From positions 24,056,001-24,120,000 of the forward strand of contig NW_027361838.1 in the NCBI RefSeq assembly GCF_039654945.1: a stretch of 64,000 nucleotides of DNA, in the 5' to 3' direction. The notes under the pieces are model-generated. The model was not told the DNA's origin. It searched no databases and saw only the letters and a list, made by a program, of their open reading frames with translations. Of the stretch, positions 62,345 through 64,000 are shown piece after piece (position 1 is the stretch's first letter; each line of letters opens with the position of its first letter). Made by a program: the position numbers and the translations under genes. This stretch comes from Dendrobates tinctorius (lineage: Eukaryota).

Positions 62345-64000
62345 TATGTAATAAACTATAAGTGGCAAAAAACAGTTTTCAACAAAAACATACTAAATAA
62401 CATTTGTGCAGTCTATGAATTTGTTCTAAGAAATAGAATTGCCTCCATCAGATCCTCCTTCATAGATGACCTCAAATCTGACCTAATAATTTTAAGGCTA
62501 GAGAACAACCTCTCTACAGTAACTTGGTTTGGAGGCAAAGCCGTAACCACATGGGCAACATCTCTAACAATTTCCGGGTATAAAGGAATTGCCTCATGCA
62601 CAGTCAGTTTTGATGAACGGTTGAATTTTTGTATTTCTTTGAGAGCAAGTGAAACATTTTGCTGAAATATGGTCAATCTGCTTGCTATAGGAGACGGAGT
62701 GAAATATTTTTCCTTGCGGCAATGCTTTGCCTGCTCCATGTCATACAAATACTTGTCAAAGTCAAACTCCTCATCTGATGAGGATGAAGATATGGCAGCA
62801 GTAGCACTGTCAGGACCCAAGTCCTCTTGCCCCTGGCAGTCCTCCTATAGGCCACTCTTCCTAACTGCTACCTCAGTCAGATCTTCTTTTCCTTTAGTAA
62901 GCTGTTGATCATCAAGCAATATACGATGACTTGGGTCCACATAAACAGCTGCCAGAAAAATTTTATTTTCCAATAGCTGTGTCTCTCTCCGTTTCATTCA
63001 AGCAGAAATGCCATCTGCAATTAAACAGCAAAATAGCAAGTTCTTCCGCTCCCTCATGAAAATGCCAGTAGTTAAATCCTCAGGTTGTAATTTTTTAGTC
63101 ACAGTAAATGGGTGATTAAGAAATTCCTTCAATTCAGCCACCTGTGTCCATTGACCTTCATTTAGGGTTACCTGAGGGTTCGCCATATCTATAAGAAACG
63201 GTTTTAGTTGATCAACAATTGCCCTTTTCCAGCACGTCTCTTCAAGATAGAATCAATTTTAGGGGTTCTGGCGGCAATAACCAATTTCCTCACTTTTCCA
63301 ATCAGATTTCCAGCATGTCCCTCTTGCAGACTATCTCTTATTGCCAGCTGCAGCGTGTGCACAACACAGCGCATGTGATGAATAGCAAAGTGTTTTGAAG
63401 CAGCTTCAACAAGATCTACAGTATAATTTTGCTGTTCTTCTGTAGTAATATCTGTTTGTTCCTCAGTTACATGAACAGCACTGTGGCCTTCCATCTCAAA
63501 CATACTGAATCCTAAATGTTCCTCTAGCTGTTGTTCATTACTCTCATTCATCAGTGTAATTGTACTTATGTTTGAAGCATTGTCCGTTACAATAGCAAGA
63601 ACCTGTTCTTTTTTGAGTTCGTAATCTTGCAGAACTTTTACCACTAAGGCCTGGAGAAACTGGCTGCTGTGATGAGCTTTAGTATCTTTTACTGCCAGCG
63701 TGTTGGTAACAATTTTTGTTGTCACAAACATATCGAACATTGATGGCAAAATAGTTCACTCTGTGACATGTGCAGGCATCCATTGTAAGAAACATGAAGC
63801 ATCTTTTGAGTCCTTTTAAGATCTTCCTTTTGTTTAAGGGCTTCTTCAATCACTAATTTTCTAATACTTTCTCTTTCCAGAGAAACACCAAGTTTGGGGG
63901 CCATTTCTCCATTAAGAGCTGTAAAAGCTGGTCGTGTAAATAATGTTAATGGTACACCGTCCTTCACAACAAGCTGTATGAGCTGTCTGTCAGACATATC
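62024..64000 (-). mobile_element. hAT transposon (autonomous type, decayed), running off the window
   Basis: TIR CAGGGCTGTGGAGTC and about 190 bp of subterminal sequence shared with the two MITEs; transposase on the minus strand. Confidence 0.92.
62413..63997 (-). pseudogene. hAT transposase, frameshifted
   Basis: FLTMDACT (first D), AIVTDNASN (second D), HMRCVVHTLQL (CxxH), and ALPPNQVTVERLFSSLK (E, dimerisation domain), split over several frames. Confidence 0.9.

Overview
Vertebrate genomic DNA, most likely a frog judging by the transposon repertoire (inference). Almost all of the window is intronic sequence of gnal (G-alpha olf) on the + strand. Only two coding exons are present: 19443-19540 (98 nt, [33 protein letters not shown]) and 61771-61825 (55 nt, FLERIDHVRQNDYTPTDQ), separated by a 42,230-nt GT-AG intron. 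The rest is densely nested transposable elements: a structurally complete but coding-dead DIRS1-type retrotransposon (1556-7442), four decayed Tc1 elements, a decayed autonomous-type hAT plus two young MITE derivatives, piggyBac-type TTAA elements, Kolobok/T2-like and Harbinger-like MITEs, two V-SINEs, a split L1/Tx1 ORF2, and four short Penelope-type insertions with hammerhead-ribozyme relics. The most interesting observations are the hammerhead relics (all sense to gnal, all damaged, two truncated at the stem I/core boundary), a tandem duplicated hairpin module in the DIRS leader, an inverted MITE pair bracketing a gnal exon, and a perfect 70-bp-arm foldback centred on (TA)n. I found no intact novel protein-coding system. 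There is a 149-N gap at 54196-54344. All coordinates were read by eye; degenerate element boundaries are approximate.
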